Below are positions 45,897 to 55,634 of a stretch of DNA of 64,000 nucleotides, in pieces. How positions within the stretch are numbered: the first letter of the stretch is position 1; the number at the start of each line of letters is the position of its first letter. A program made the translations under genes and the position numbers. A model generated the notes under the pieces. That model saw only the letters and a list, made by a program, of their open reading frames with translations. It searched no databases and was not told the origin of the DNA. Location of the stretch: the NCBI GenBank assembly GCA_002506365.1, contig DAXK01000048.1:18627-82626 (forward strand), in the 5' to 3' direction. This stretch comes from an archaeon UBA583. GTDB taxonomy: Archaea > Nanobdellota > Nanobdellia > Woesearchaeales > UBA583.

Positions 45897-46466
45897 ATGA
45901 ATAAAATTGTCCCATTATTTAAACAATATGATGAAAAAACTTTCATCTATACTCCAACTCACGGGGAAGTTACAGCCCTTCAAACAATTGCCACATACAC
46001 TGGAGAAAAATATTTCTTAGTTGAAGAACTTCAAACAGTATCCAAACTAATTTCAAATATATATCATGATAACAAAAAAGAAACTCTTGACAAAATAATT
46101 GATAAAAGTTTAAACAACTCATGGGATTTAAGTATTGGTTGTCCTCAAGTAACTACACCAACATTTGGAGTTGAATATACTCTAGACATCACAGAACCAT
46201 TTGAATATTTATTAAAAGAACATGATTTATTACCTCAAGAACTCCCAAGATTATTTCATTCATTTTACATTAATCAATTTTTAGAACAATTTAATGAAAA
46301 AAATAAAGCTCTATTTATACAATTTCCAGATAAATATCTTACAAGGAAAGATGCAATGAGCAAAGCAAATTCAGATACACTTGAACTGTTTTCAATTGGA
46401 AATATAAAAGGATTCAAACAAAATAAAATCATTGGTGAAAATAAAACACTAGAAATAATATTATAA
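45897..46466 (+). CDS. hypothetical protein
   Basis: 189-aa ORF, 2-nt gap to the next gene. Confidence 0.45.
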   Translation: MNKIVPLFKQYDEKTFIYTPTHGEVTALQTIATYTGEKYFLVEELQTVSKLISNIYHDNKKETLDKIIDKSLNNSWDLSIGCPQVTTPTFGVEYTLDITEPFEYLLKEHDLLPQELPRLFHSFYINQFLEQFNEKNKALFIQFPDKYLTRKDAMSKANSDTLELFSIGNIKGFKQNKIIGENKTLEIIL

Positions 46467-46468
46467 AA

Positions 46469-47098
46469 ATGTCAAACAAAATAATCCAACTAAATCAATT
46501 TAGAAAACAACCAACATCATTTGAAAAAAATCAAACTTTAGATTTTGACACATATCTAACTGGGGATGAAATTATTTATAATAAATCACCAAATCAAGAA
46601 TTATTTGAAATATTTATATTTAACTGTGACCCTAAATTAAAACATTGGGAACTATCTCACAACGGACTAAAAGATTTACAACAAATTCAAGAAATCTTTC
46701 CAAAAGATTTAGAAGATACAATTAAACAACTTCAAACATCAAATTTTTATTTTAATGAAACCTTATCTGACTTTGAATACTCTTCAGAAATAATTATACA
46801 AGAAGATAAAATAACAAATCATTTAATCTCACAATATAAATTAAATATCTCAAAAGTAACATCATTAGGATACACAAGATTTTTTCAATTATTCTGTGAT
46901 AGATATAATGGAATTAATGAATTAGATTCTGACTTTGAACTATTCACAAAAGACCAAATTAGATACTTAGCAGTAAAAGAAAATAATCAAAATGTTCTAA
47001 AAACAATAGTAGAATTTCCACAAATAAATGAGGAAAATTTAGAATACTTTTTACAATACTGGAACGATACAGTATTTGATAAAAATTCAAAAATTTAA
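46469..47098 (+). CDS. hypothetical protein
   Basis: 209-aa ORF. Of similar size and composition to the adjacent upstream ORF, but I cannot establish paralogy by eye. Confidence 0.45.
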   Translation: MSNKIIQLNQFRKQPTSFEKNQTLDFDTYLTGDEIIYNKSPNQELFEIFIFNCDPKLKHWELSHNGLKDLQQIQEIFPKDLEDTIKQLQTSNFYFNETLSDFEYSSEIIIQEDKITNHLISQYKLNISKVTSLGYTRFFQLFCDRYNGINELDSDFELFTKDQIRYLAVKENNQNVLKTIVEFPQINEENLEYFLQYWNDTVFDKNSKI

Positions 47099-47144
47099 TA
47101 ATAATTCAAATTAAATAACTTAAAATAAAAAACAAGATCAATAA

Positions 47145-48236
47145 TTATTGAACTCTTTGCCTTGAAGTTTTAATTAATTGACTTCTAATACTATTTCTTA
47201 AATCAACAAGTTCATCAAAATCATAAAAAAAATTAATCTTTTCATCCTTAATCAAACTTAAATCACTTGGTTTTTTACTCAAAACAAACTGTGTAAAACT
47301 CTCAGCAATATCCTCTCCAGGATTAGTAGCTGCATACTCTGTAACAAAATCATTCTCATAACTATAATAATCAACATTATCAATACCATAATCAGCACCT
47401 TTCCAAAATAAATTATAATATTTTTCAAAATAAGAACTTGACTTTAAACAACCTTCACCAGAATAATAATTATAACACTCATCAAAATTAATATCATAAT
47501 CAACTTGATTTTTATTTAATGTTAAAATATGTGCAAATTCATGAATTAATGTATACTGAAATTCCTTTAAATCATTTGGATTATAATCAGCAATATCAAT
47601 TGCTAAAAACCATTTATTCTCATCATTTTCAAGCTGAGAAACGTACGCTAAAGTCTCATCCTTACCATCTGTAAAAACTTTATACTCAAATAAATCTTTA
47701 TCAAAATACTTAGAAGGAATTAAACGAACAAATTCTTTAAACATTAAATTATGAGTTTTAATATCACTTTGGAAATCTAAATACTCATCAGAAACATCAT
47801 CATTATAACCTTCACTTAATAATCCTTTATTAATATCATAACTAGTTAAAGTAATTTCAAGTACTTTTTCAGAATTTTCATCATCATTATAAATATCAAC
47901 ATCTTCAAATTCAGAACCAAAATCTAAATCATCTAATTTATCTAAATACTTATCATATAAAACATCAAACTTATCACACTCTTTATCAGTATCACAAACA
48001 AAATCAACATAACACTCATCAAACTCAGCATCATAACTTTCAAATTCAAAACATCCATTATCGGACACTTCTAATTTTTCTAATCTTGAATTAACAATTT
48101 TATCAAACTCTTTAACACTAATAGAATTTATATTTTCATCATTTTCAATCTCAACACTTTCATTCAAATTATCATCTAAGTTTGCACACCCAGAAAATAA
48201 AATTGAAATAATAATAATACTTAAAATACTTTTCAT
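47145..48236 (-). CDS. acidic lipoprotein with an HExxH zinc-metallopeptidase motif
   Basis: Lipobox ILFSGCAN and YTLIHEFAHILTL (HEFAH). The N-terminal half is very Asp/Glu-rich. Confidence 0.5.
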   Translation of the reverse strand: MKSILSIIIISILFSGCANLDDNLNESVEIENDENINSISVKEFDKIVNSRLEKLEVSDNGCFEFESYDAEFDECYVDFVCDTDKECDKFDVLYDKYLDKLDDLDFGSEFEDVDIYNDDENSEKVLEITLTSYDINKGLLSEGYNDDVSDEYLDFQSDIKTHNLMFKEFVRLIPSKYFDKDLFEYKVFTDGKDETLAYVSQLENDENKWFLAIDIADYNPNDLKEFQYTLIHEFAHILTLNKNQVDYDINFDECYNYYSGEGCLKSSSYFEKYYNLFWKGADYGIDNVDYYSYENDFVTEYAATNPGEDIAESFTQFVLSKKPSDLSLIKDEKINFFYDFDELVDLRNSIRSQLIKTSRQRVQ

Positions 48237-48319
48237 AATAACATAAAAATTAATCTCCTTAAAAATATTATTAACTAAAATAAAAAACTATTTAACTATC
48301 AAAATATTATAATACTCAA

Positions 48320-48727
48320 ATGTTAATTCAAACCGTAAACCTAATTCCACTAAATCAGGATAAAACAAAAATATTATTATTCAAAAGAGCAGATTTAGGA
48401 GAAAATTTAAATAAATGGTGTCTGCCTGGTGGAACTTTAAATCAATTTGAAAAATCTCAAAGAGGATTAGAGAGAGAAATTTACGAAGAAACAGGATGTG
48501 AAATATCAAAACTCAGATTTTTTAGAGAATATAAATCTTTTATGGAACAATCGGAAATCCAATCAAAATACTATAGTGGAAACTTATTTGGTAAAATCGA
48601 ATTAAATCCTTATGAACTATCTGAACATAAATGGTTTAAACTAAATTCATGTCTTAAAAAATTAGATTTCGCATTTAACCATAAAGAAGTAATATTTAAT
48701 TATATTGATTCTAAAAAATATTATTAA
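48320..48727 (+). CDS. Nudix hydrolase
   Basis: Nudix box GGTLNQFEKSQRGLEREIYEETG. Confidence 0.8.
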   Translation: MLIQTVNLIPLNQDKTKILLFKRADLGENLNKWCLPGGTLNQFEKSQRGLEREIYEETGCEISKLRFFREYKSFMEQSEIQSKYYSGNLFGKIELNPYELSEHKWFKLNSCLKKLDFAFNHKEVIFNYIDSKKYY

Positions 48728-48743
48728 TATTTTAATAAAACCT

Positions 48744-49844
48744 TTATTTTTTATAAAATACATCAATATTAATTGGTTCTCCACCAAGCTTACCAAATCT
48801 TTGGGAACCTAATTGTGAATGGAAATGCTTTCTTTGACTCGCAGGTTTCATTTCTTCTAAAGTATTTTCTCTAAAAAATACTCCATCTTTTATCATTTGA
48901 GTTTTTTCTTCAACTGATTTTCCAAGTAAAACATAATCAGGACTAGTATCCATACAAACAGACATTTTACCCTCAGGCATAATTCTTAATTTATGACAAC
49001 CTCCGCAAGCATATCTATCAGTATGCATAGATAAAACTCCAACATTTACACCCGTATCACCAACAGTAAAATAACTATATGATGGATTATCTCCTTCAAT
49101 ATTTTTTCTATGCATTGGAGTTAAAGGCCCAATTCTCTCAAGTGCGGAAATAATTTCATCACGTTGAACCATTTCATTTTCCCAATAATTTCTCCCATGA
49201 TCTTGTAATTGAGCAGGATTTGAAGCAAAAAATTGATTTAACTTTAAAACTAATTCTCCCTTATTATCTCTAGAATTAATATCTTGAACATATCTAACCA
49301 TATTTTCAATTTCAGGTAAAGTGGATCTCATAGTACAACAACTCATCTTAGTAATACCAGACATTTTTTCAACAGAATCCTCTAAAGAACTTAAAACTCT
49401 AGGTAAAATATCCTTTTTAGTTAAATGATAAAATCTTTCTTTATCTAAAGTATCCAAACTAACAATAACTCTAGTTAAACCATTCTCAATACACTCATCT
49501 AAATTTTTATATAGATTATACCCATTTGTTGTAACAACTTGTTTTTCAAATCCAACATCCTGAGCAGCTTTAACACAATCTACAAAATCACGCCTAACAG
49601 TAGGCTCACCACCAGTCCAATGAACTCTTTTAATTCCATTATTATTAGAAGCTTGTAAAATTTGAGTAACCTCCTCTAAAGAGATTTCACTCTGTCTTGG
49701 GAAACCTCCCTCAGGAGCACAATATGTACAACTAAAATTACAATTTGGGGTAAGTCCAAATCGTACATGCCATTTATTCATTTCATCCCCTTCAAACATA
49801 TGTGAATAACCAAATTCTCTCTCTATTCCTGATTTATCAACCAT
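48744..49844 (-). CDS. MoaA-like radical SAM enzyme (divergent, with N- and C-terminal extensions)
   Basis: LTPNCNFSCTYC (CxxxCxxC), HWTGGEPTVRRDF, VVTTNGYNL, SLDTLDKERF, and a C-terminal second-cluster region YACGGCHKLRIMPEGKMSVC like the MoaA C..C..lRlt.dG....C. Confidence 0.65.
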   Translation of the reverse strand: MVDKSGIEREFGYSHMFEGDEMNKWHVRFGLTPNCNFSCTYCAPEGGFPRQSEISLEEVTQILQASNNNGIKRVHWTGGEPTVRRDFVDCVKAAQDVGFEKQVVTTNGYNLYKNLDECIENGLTRVIVSLDTLDKERFYHLTKKDILPRVLSSLEDSVEKMSGITKMSCCTMRSTLPEIENMVRYVQDINSRDNKGELVLKLNQFFASNPAQLQDHGRNYWENEMVQRDEIISALERIGPLTPMHRKNIEGDNPSYSYFTVGDTGVNVGVLSMHTDRYACGGCHKLRIMPEGKMSVCMDTSPDYVLLGKSVEEKTQMIKDGVFFRENTLEEMKPASQRKHFHSQLGSQRFGKLGGEPINIDVFYKK

Positions 49845-49967
49845 ACCTTCTCTGTGTTTTCGATATTTATAAAATTTACTTAACGAGATATTTATTTATA
49901 CTTTAAATTAGTTACATTTAAATAATTTGAAAATCATACTTAAATATAATTCATAAAAAATTCAAAA

Positions 49968-50993
49968 ATGGAACAAACATTTTATATTATTAAACCTGAA
50001 GCTATTAATTGTTCTGATCAAATTAACTTCCAAATTTCATCAGAATTTAAAATTGTTGAAAAAACTAAAATTGCTTTAACTGAAAATGATTTAAAATATT
50101 TAGCTAAATATGATTTAGGTTATTTACAAGATCCAAATTTATTTGAAACATTTAAATTTTTTATGCGACAAGATGTTGTTCAAGTTGGTATATTAGAAAA
50201 ATTTAATGCCATTAAAGATTTTCAAAATTTATGTGGTTTACTTCCAAATCCAAAAGATAATTTAAGTTCCACATTAAGAAATCAATATGGAAAACCAACT
50301 CAAAGTTATAATGGAATTCAATTTTTTTTAAATGCAATTCACAAATCCCAAGACACAACTGAAGCTCAACATGAAATAGATTTATTTCATACTTCATTAA
50401 AAAAAAGAACACTATTAGAAAATTCAAAAGAACTTGCTAAAAGAGTTTATGATTATCCTCATTCTAATACACACAAAGCATATTTAGAAAGCCTTGATAC
50501 AATATGGAATCATCACATTATACCAGTTGTAGATTCAGTTCAAAATCATAATAAACATTATGATTTTAACTTAGAAGAAACATTAATTGCAGGATACTTT
50601 CACGATGTTGGAAGAATTATAGGTGATGATGATAATCACCATACAATCGGTGCTGAATATATGAGTGAAAAACTATTAAACTTAGGAGTTTCACAAAATA
50701 AAATTGAAAGAATTTATGATACAGTATTAAACCATAGAGGTTCAGTCCCAGTAAATAGAAAAACTATTGAATCTCAAGTTTTAGCATCAGCAGATGGATT
50801 TGCAACAATCCAATATTTCCCCTTAGTATTTCATTCATCATATTCAAAACATAACTTAAAAATTTCAAATGGAGTTTCAAAAGCAAAAATAAAACTTCAA
50901 AAAGCATGGAATAAATTAATGCCAGAAATAAAACCACAAATAAAAGAAACATATAGTTTATTAGAAAAAACTCTAACAACTATGGAAAATTAA
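49968..50993 (+). CDS. nucleoside-diphosphate-kinase domain fused to an HD phosphohydrolase domain
   Basis: N-terminal EQTFYIIKPEAI and LNAIHKSQDTTEAQHEIDLF (NDK catalytic His motif N..H.S). C-terminal GYFHDVGRI (HD motif), HHTIGAEY, VLNHRG. Confidence 0.65.
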   Translation: MEQTFYIIKPEAINCSDQINFQISSEFKIVEKTKIALTENDLKYLAKYDLGYLQDPNLFETFKFFMRQDVVQVGILEKFNAIKDFQNLCGLLPNPKDNLSSTLRNQYGKPTQSYNGIQFFLNAIHKSQDTTEAQHEIDLFHTSLKKRTLLENSKELAKRVYDYPHSNTHKAYLESLDTIWNHHIIPVVDSVQNHNKHYDFNLEETLIAGYFHDVGRIIGDDDNHHTIGAEYMSEKLLNLGVSQNKIERIYDTVLNHRGSVPVNRKTIESQVLASADGFATIQYFPLVFHSSYSKHNLKISNGVSKAKIKLQKAWNKLMPEIKPQIKETYSLLEKTLTTMEN

Positions 50994-51065
50994 TATATTG
51001 ATAATTTTATCTTTAATTTATATAACTAAAAAAATAGAATTAATTTTCTTTGAAAATTAATAAAA

Positions 51066-53030
51066 TTAGAAAGTAATTGCTTTACTTTCTCTCTCTTCTT
51101 CTAACTTTGAAATAAACTCTTCAACTGAACATGTAAACTCTTCATTTTTCCCATTCACAAATTGTCTAGTTCTAACTGATACATTTCCAGCCTCAACATT
51201 CTCATCACCTAAAACTAAAGTATAATTTGGTTTTCTCTCATCACGAGCAATCGCAATTTTCTTTCCAACACCTAAATTATCAAAATTACACTCAACTCTG
51301 AAATTTCTCTCAACTAACTTATCCTTAATCTCATTACAAAAATCTTGATGTCTATCTGCAACATTAATAATCTCAACTTGATTAGGTGATAACCATAATG
51401 GGAATTTTCCTGCAAAATTTTCAATCATAACAGCCATAAATCTTTCAATTGAACCAAGCACAGCTCTGTGAATCATAACTGGTTGCTCTTCAGTTGAATT
51501 TTCATTTTGGAACTTTAATTCAAATCTGCTAGGTAAATTAAAATCTAATTGGATAGTTGCTGTTTGCCAAACTCTCTTTAAACAATCTTTAATTCTAAAA
51601 TCAATTTTTGGTCCATAAAAAGCTCCATCTCCTTCACAAATTTCATACTCCTTTCCACTTCTCTTTAAAGCAGCAGCAAGTGCACCCTCAGCCTTATCCC
51701 AAACTTCATCAGACCCAGTTCTCTTCTCAGGACGAGTAGATAATTCAATCTCATAACTCATCTTAAAAACATCATTATAAACATGATCTACAAACTCTAA
51801 ACATTTTGCAATTTCATCTTCAACTTGATTCATTGTACAAAAAATATGAGCATCATCTTGACAAAATTTCCTTACTCTAGTCATACCGGAAAGTGCTCCA
51901 GACAGTTCATTTCTATGTAAAGCTCCAAAATCAGCAATTCTTAAAGGTAACTCTTTATAACTTCTAAAATCATTTTTAAAAATTAAACAATGGGATGGAC
52001 AATTCATAGGTTTTAAAGAAAACTCTTGCCCCTCAATATCAAAAACAAACATATCTTCCTTGTAATGTTCCCAATGCCCTGAAGTCTCCCAAAGTTTTTT
52101 ATTAAACATATTTGGAGTCATAACTTCTTTAAATTCATATTGTTTATACAAATCTCTAATAAAATTTTGTAAAGTTCTATACACTTGAAATCCTTTAGGT
52201 AAAAAAAAAGTCATACCTGGAGCATACTCATGATTCATAAATAAATCCATCTTTTTTCCAACAATTCTATGATCTCTCTTTTTAGCTTCTTCAAGCATAG
52301 TTAAATGTTCTTCAAGTTCACCTTTTTTCCAAAAAGCAGTCCCATACACACGGCTCAGTTGCTTATTATCAGCATTTCCTCTCCAATAAGCTTTCGTAAT
52401 TTTTTGTAACTTAAACGCTTTAATTAAACCAGTTGATGGTAAATGTGGTCCTCTACATAAATCTTCAAAATCTCCTTGTTTGTAAAATTGAAATCCACTA
52501 TCAGTAACACTTCCTTCACCTTTTTCTTCTTCAGATAAATTTCCTGAAATTAAATCATTAATGATTTCTGTTTTATATTCATTATCCTTAAAAAATTCTA
52601 AAGCTTCATCATTTGACTTAAAGTTTTTAGTAACTGTTAAATTTTCCTTAACAATTTTTTGCATCTCTGCCTCAATCTTTGGTAAATCAGAATCAGTTAA
52701 CTCTTCACAATCAACATCATAATAAAATCCTGACTCAACAGCAGGCCCAATTGTAATCTTTGCACTAGGAAAAACTCTTGACATTGCCTGAGCAAAAACA
52801 TGCGCAGTTGTATGTCTTAAAATTTCTAAACTCTCTGGACTCTTTTGAGTCACTAATTCAACTTTACTATCTTCGGAAATGGTAGTGGTGATGTCAGTTA
52901 ATTCGCCATTAATTTTAGCGGCAATACACATTCTAGCTAATCCGTCTGAAATAGACTTAGCAACATCTAACGCAGTAACTGCATTATCAAAATTCTTTTC
53001 ATTTCCGTCTGGTAAAGTAATTTTAACCAT
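51066..53030 (-). CDS. thrS: threonyl-tRNA synthetase
   Basis: 654 aa with TGS domain MVKITLPDGNEKNF, editing-domain HTTAHVFAQA, class II motifs and an anticodon-binding domain. Confidence 0.95.
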   Translation of the reverse strand: MVKITLPDGNEKNFDNAVTALDVAKSISDGLARMCIAAKINGELTDITTTISEDSKVELVTQKSPESLEILRHTTAHVFAQAMSRVFPSAKITIGPAVESGFYYDVDCEELTDSDLPKIEAEMQKIVKENLTVTKNFKSNDEALEFFKDNEYKTEIINDLISGNLSEEEKGEGSVTDSGFQFYKQGDFEDLCRGPHLPSTGLIKAFKLQKITKAYWRGNADNKQLSRVYGTAFWKKGELEEHLTMLEEAKKRDHRIVGKKMDLFMNHEYAPGMTFFLPKGFQVYRTLQNFIRDLYKQYEFKEVMTPNMFNKKLWETSGHWEHYKEDMFVFDIEGQEFSLKPMNCPSHCLIFKNDFRSYKELPLRIADFGALHRNELSGALSGMTRVRKFCQDDAHIFCTMNQVEDEIAKCLEFVDHVYNDVFKMSYEIELSTRPEKRTGSDEVWDKAEGALAAALKRSGKEYEICEGDGAFYGPKIDFRIKDCLKRVWQTATIQLDFNLPSRFELKFQNENSTEEQPVMIHRAVLGSIERFMAVMIENFAGKFPLWLSPNQVEIINVADRHQDFCNEIKDKLVERNFRVECNFDNLGVGKKIAIARDERKPNYTLVLGDENVEAGNVSVRTRQFVNGKNEEFTCSVEEFISKLEEERESKAITF

Positions 53031-53108
53031 ATTATAATAAAACCATCAATCTTTATAAAATTTTACCATTTTAAGCACATTTATAAGTATAAATATACTA
53101 TTAATTCT

Positions 53109-53783
53109 ATGACAGAAAAAAAAGTAAACTTAATGGAATTCGATTCCAACCCAAATATTGGATTATATATGTTCGCTTGTGATAAATTTGCAATTATTGG
53201 TATTGATGCTAATAAAGAAAAAATGGCAGCAATTGAGGATGTATTAAAAGTTCCAGTATATAAAACAACAGTTTTATCAACTGAATTAATTGGTATTTTT
53301 GTAGCAGGAAACGAAGATTTTCTAGTTGTTCCTGATATGTATGATTACGAAATGAAAGTTTTTAAAGAAATTGCAGAAAAACACGATGTTAAATTATTAG
53401 TTAAAGACTACAAATTAAACACACTAGGAAATAATTTATGTTTTGGAAATAAAACAATTTTAATTAATCACCAATATCCAAAAGGATTTGGATTAGAATT
53501 AGAAAAAGAAACAGGATACAAAGTAATTGAATTAAAAGTTCCTGAATACGAAAACGCTGGTGCAATCGCAACTTTCAAAAACGGTAAATATTTTATGGCT
53601 CAACAAGTTACTGAAGAAAACGTTAAAGAAATTGTTGATCAAATTGGTGGAATTGGAACAATTAACTCTGGTTCAAATTTTATTTCATCAGGGATTGTTG
53701 GAAACTCATTTGGAGTTTTAATTGGTTCACTATCAACAACAGTAGAAATTCAAAATGTTGTTGAAGGATTAGATTATTTATAA
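53109..53783 (+). CDS. eif6: translation initiation factor 6 (aIF6)
   Basis: 224 aa. FDSNPNIGLYMFACDKFAIIG and the five-fold pseudo-repeat layout are typical of e/aIF6. Confidence 0.85.
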   Translation: MTEKKVNLMEFDSNPNIGLYMFACDKFAIIGIDANKEKMAAIEDVLKVPVYKTTVLSTELIGIFVAGNEDFLVVPDMYDYEMKVFKEIAEKHDVKLLVKDYKLNTLGNNLCFGNKTILINHQYPKGFGLELEKETGYKVIELKVPEYENAGAIATFKNGKYFMAQQVTEENVKEIVDQIGGIGTINSGSNFISSGIVGNSFGVLIGSLSTTVEIQNVVEGLDYL

Positions 53784-53837
53784 TTTTTCCAAATTTTAAA
53801 CCAACCCTTTTTTAATTCTAAAATCTAAATAAATTAT

Positions 53838-54425
53838 ATGTTAGAAAAAAAGTATAAATATATTACAATTTATTTTATTATTTTACAAATACTTTTATTA
53901 TTTAGAAATTTTTTATTAAATGATTTTATATTATTATTTTTCTTTTGTAATCATCTAACAACACTACTCGCAATAGGTTTTTATTCAAAAAACATTCAAT
54001 TAATTAAAGGATTAATTAGTGTTGGACTAATTCCTCAACTTGTATACATTCTTGAATTTTTTTCAGAACTTTTATTTAATACAAATATTATATCTTCAAC
54101 TGGAAATTTATTTTTCTATCATCCTCTAGAATTTATAATTACTTTATTAATTCATTTCACAACATTAACAATCGCATTACTATTTACATACAAAGAAAAA
54201 ACAAATATAAACTCATTAAAATATTCATCAATTTATTTAATTGTATTATTTATATTAACAATACTATTAACACCAAAATCTTATGACTTAAACTGCGTCT
54301 TTAATGCTTGTGGTATCCAAATACTCCAATTTACAAATTTCACACTCTTTTGGATTCCCTTAACATTTTTATTAATAATACTTCCAACATACTACTTTCA
54401 AAAATATATCTCCAAAATAATTTAA
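53838..54425 (+). CDS. polytopic membrane protein
   Basis: 195 aa with about 6 hydrophobic helices. Confidence 0.5.
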   Translation: MLEKKYKYITIYFIILQILLLFRNFLLNDFILLFFFCNHLTTLLAIGFYSKNIQLIKGLISVGLIPQLVYILEFFSELLFNTNIISSTGNLFFYHPLEFIITLLIHFTTLTIALLFTYKEKTNINSLKYSSIYLIVLFILTILLTPKSYDLNCVFNACGIQILQFTNFTLFWIPLTFLLIILPTYYFQKYISKII

Positions 54426-54437
54426 ATTATATACTTT

Positions 54438-55538
54438 CTATAATAATAAACTTTTATATGATAAACCATTTACAATTAATTCATCTTCTTCACATAACTC
54501 AACATATGGAATTTCCACTAACTCAAACGAAAAATTTTCTAAATATTTAATATCTGAACTAACATTATAACTTTTATCATATATACCTCTATAACAATTA
54601 GCAACAAATCTAAAAAATAAATCAATCACTTCTTCCGAATAATATTTTTTAATATTTTTTAAAAAACTATTCTCTAATCTTATATGTTTTTTACATCCAC
54701 CTATTAATTCAATTCTACCAAAACCAGAAATATCAAAAGTGTTCAAAATTGCCTCATAAATTTCATCTCCAATTTCATTATCATAATTTAAATATATATT
54801 CACAAAACTTATCCCTGTTAAATATCCAAAATTAATAAAAAAATCACAAAATTTTTTATCATAATTACTAAAATTTAAAATATTAAATAAAGTATAATAC
54901 GGTAAATTAACAAACCTCATCCCACAAAATAACAAATTTCCTTCATTATAATTAACTTTATCATTTAATAAAATATTAAATAACTTTTTAGAAATATTTC
55001 CAGTCTCAAACTCAGGATAATTTCCATCAAATTCATAATTAAAATCTTCATCTAAAACACAAAAATCAAACTCAATTAAATTTGGACTAACAATTGAATT
55101 AGCCTTTACTCTTTTATTAAAATAACATTTAAAAAAATTTTTCAAAACAACTAAATAAATTAATTCTAAATGTTGATCTTCATCATTTCCAAATATTTGT
55201 TTATAACTTTTTGACAAATGTGGTTTTTTTGAAACTATTTTAAATTTCTTATCAGAAATAAAAAAAATTTCAAGTTCACTAAATCCTAAATGATTTAAAT
55301 CTTCAATAAAATTTAATAAAATTTCATTAAAATTCTTTGACTTTTTTTTTGAACTTTCACACAAAATAAAAACATCACTCAAACAAGAAATTTCATATAT
55401 TTTTAAAATAGTTTCTCTTGGATAATTTTTAAAAAAATAATTTAAAAAAAATATATAATGACTCACAAAAAAATTAAATACTAAAAATTCATTATTTAAA
55501 ACAATTCCTCTATTAATTTTAAAGTTAAACTTAGACAT
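54438..55538 (-). CDS. hypothetical protein, possible C-terminal V4R-like domain
   Basis: LLFCGMRFVNLP...FGYLTGISF...FDISGFGRIELIGGCKKHIRLENSF resembles V4R small-molecule-binding domains. Weak. Confidence 0.35.
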   Translation of the reverse strand: MSKFNFKINRGIVLNNEFLVFNFFVSHYIFFLNYFFKNYPRETILKIYEISCLSDVFILCESSKKKSKNFNEILLNFIEDLNHLGFSELEIFFISDKKFKIVSKKPHLSKSYKQIFGNDEDQHLELIYLVVLKNFFKCYFNKRVKANSIVSPNLIEFDFCVLDEDFNYEFDGNYPEFETGNISKKLFNILLNDKVNYNEGNLLFCGMRFVNLPYYTLFNILNFSNYDKKFCDFFINFGYLTGISFVNIYLNYDNEIGDEIYEAILNTFDISGFGRIELIGGCKKHIRLENSFLKNIKKYYSEEVIDLFFRFVANCYRGIYDKSYNVSSDIKYLENFSFELVEIPYVELCEEDELIVNGLSYKSLLL

Positions 55539-55634
55539 AAAGTGTATACTTTTTTAAACTATTTAAACTTTTATCACACCTTTAGAATTAATTATAAAAA
55601 TTTAACTAAAACAAAAATAATTTTTTTTTTTTTT

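Noticed and set aside
48744-49844. Interpreting the radical SAM enzyme as a prokaryotic viperin
   Set aside because: It has a MoaA-type C-terminal second Cys cluster (C..C...........C) and GGEP/TNG motifs, and it lacks the viperin C-terminal signature. It is retained as MoaA-like.
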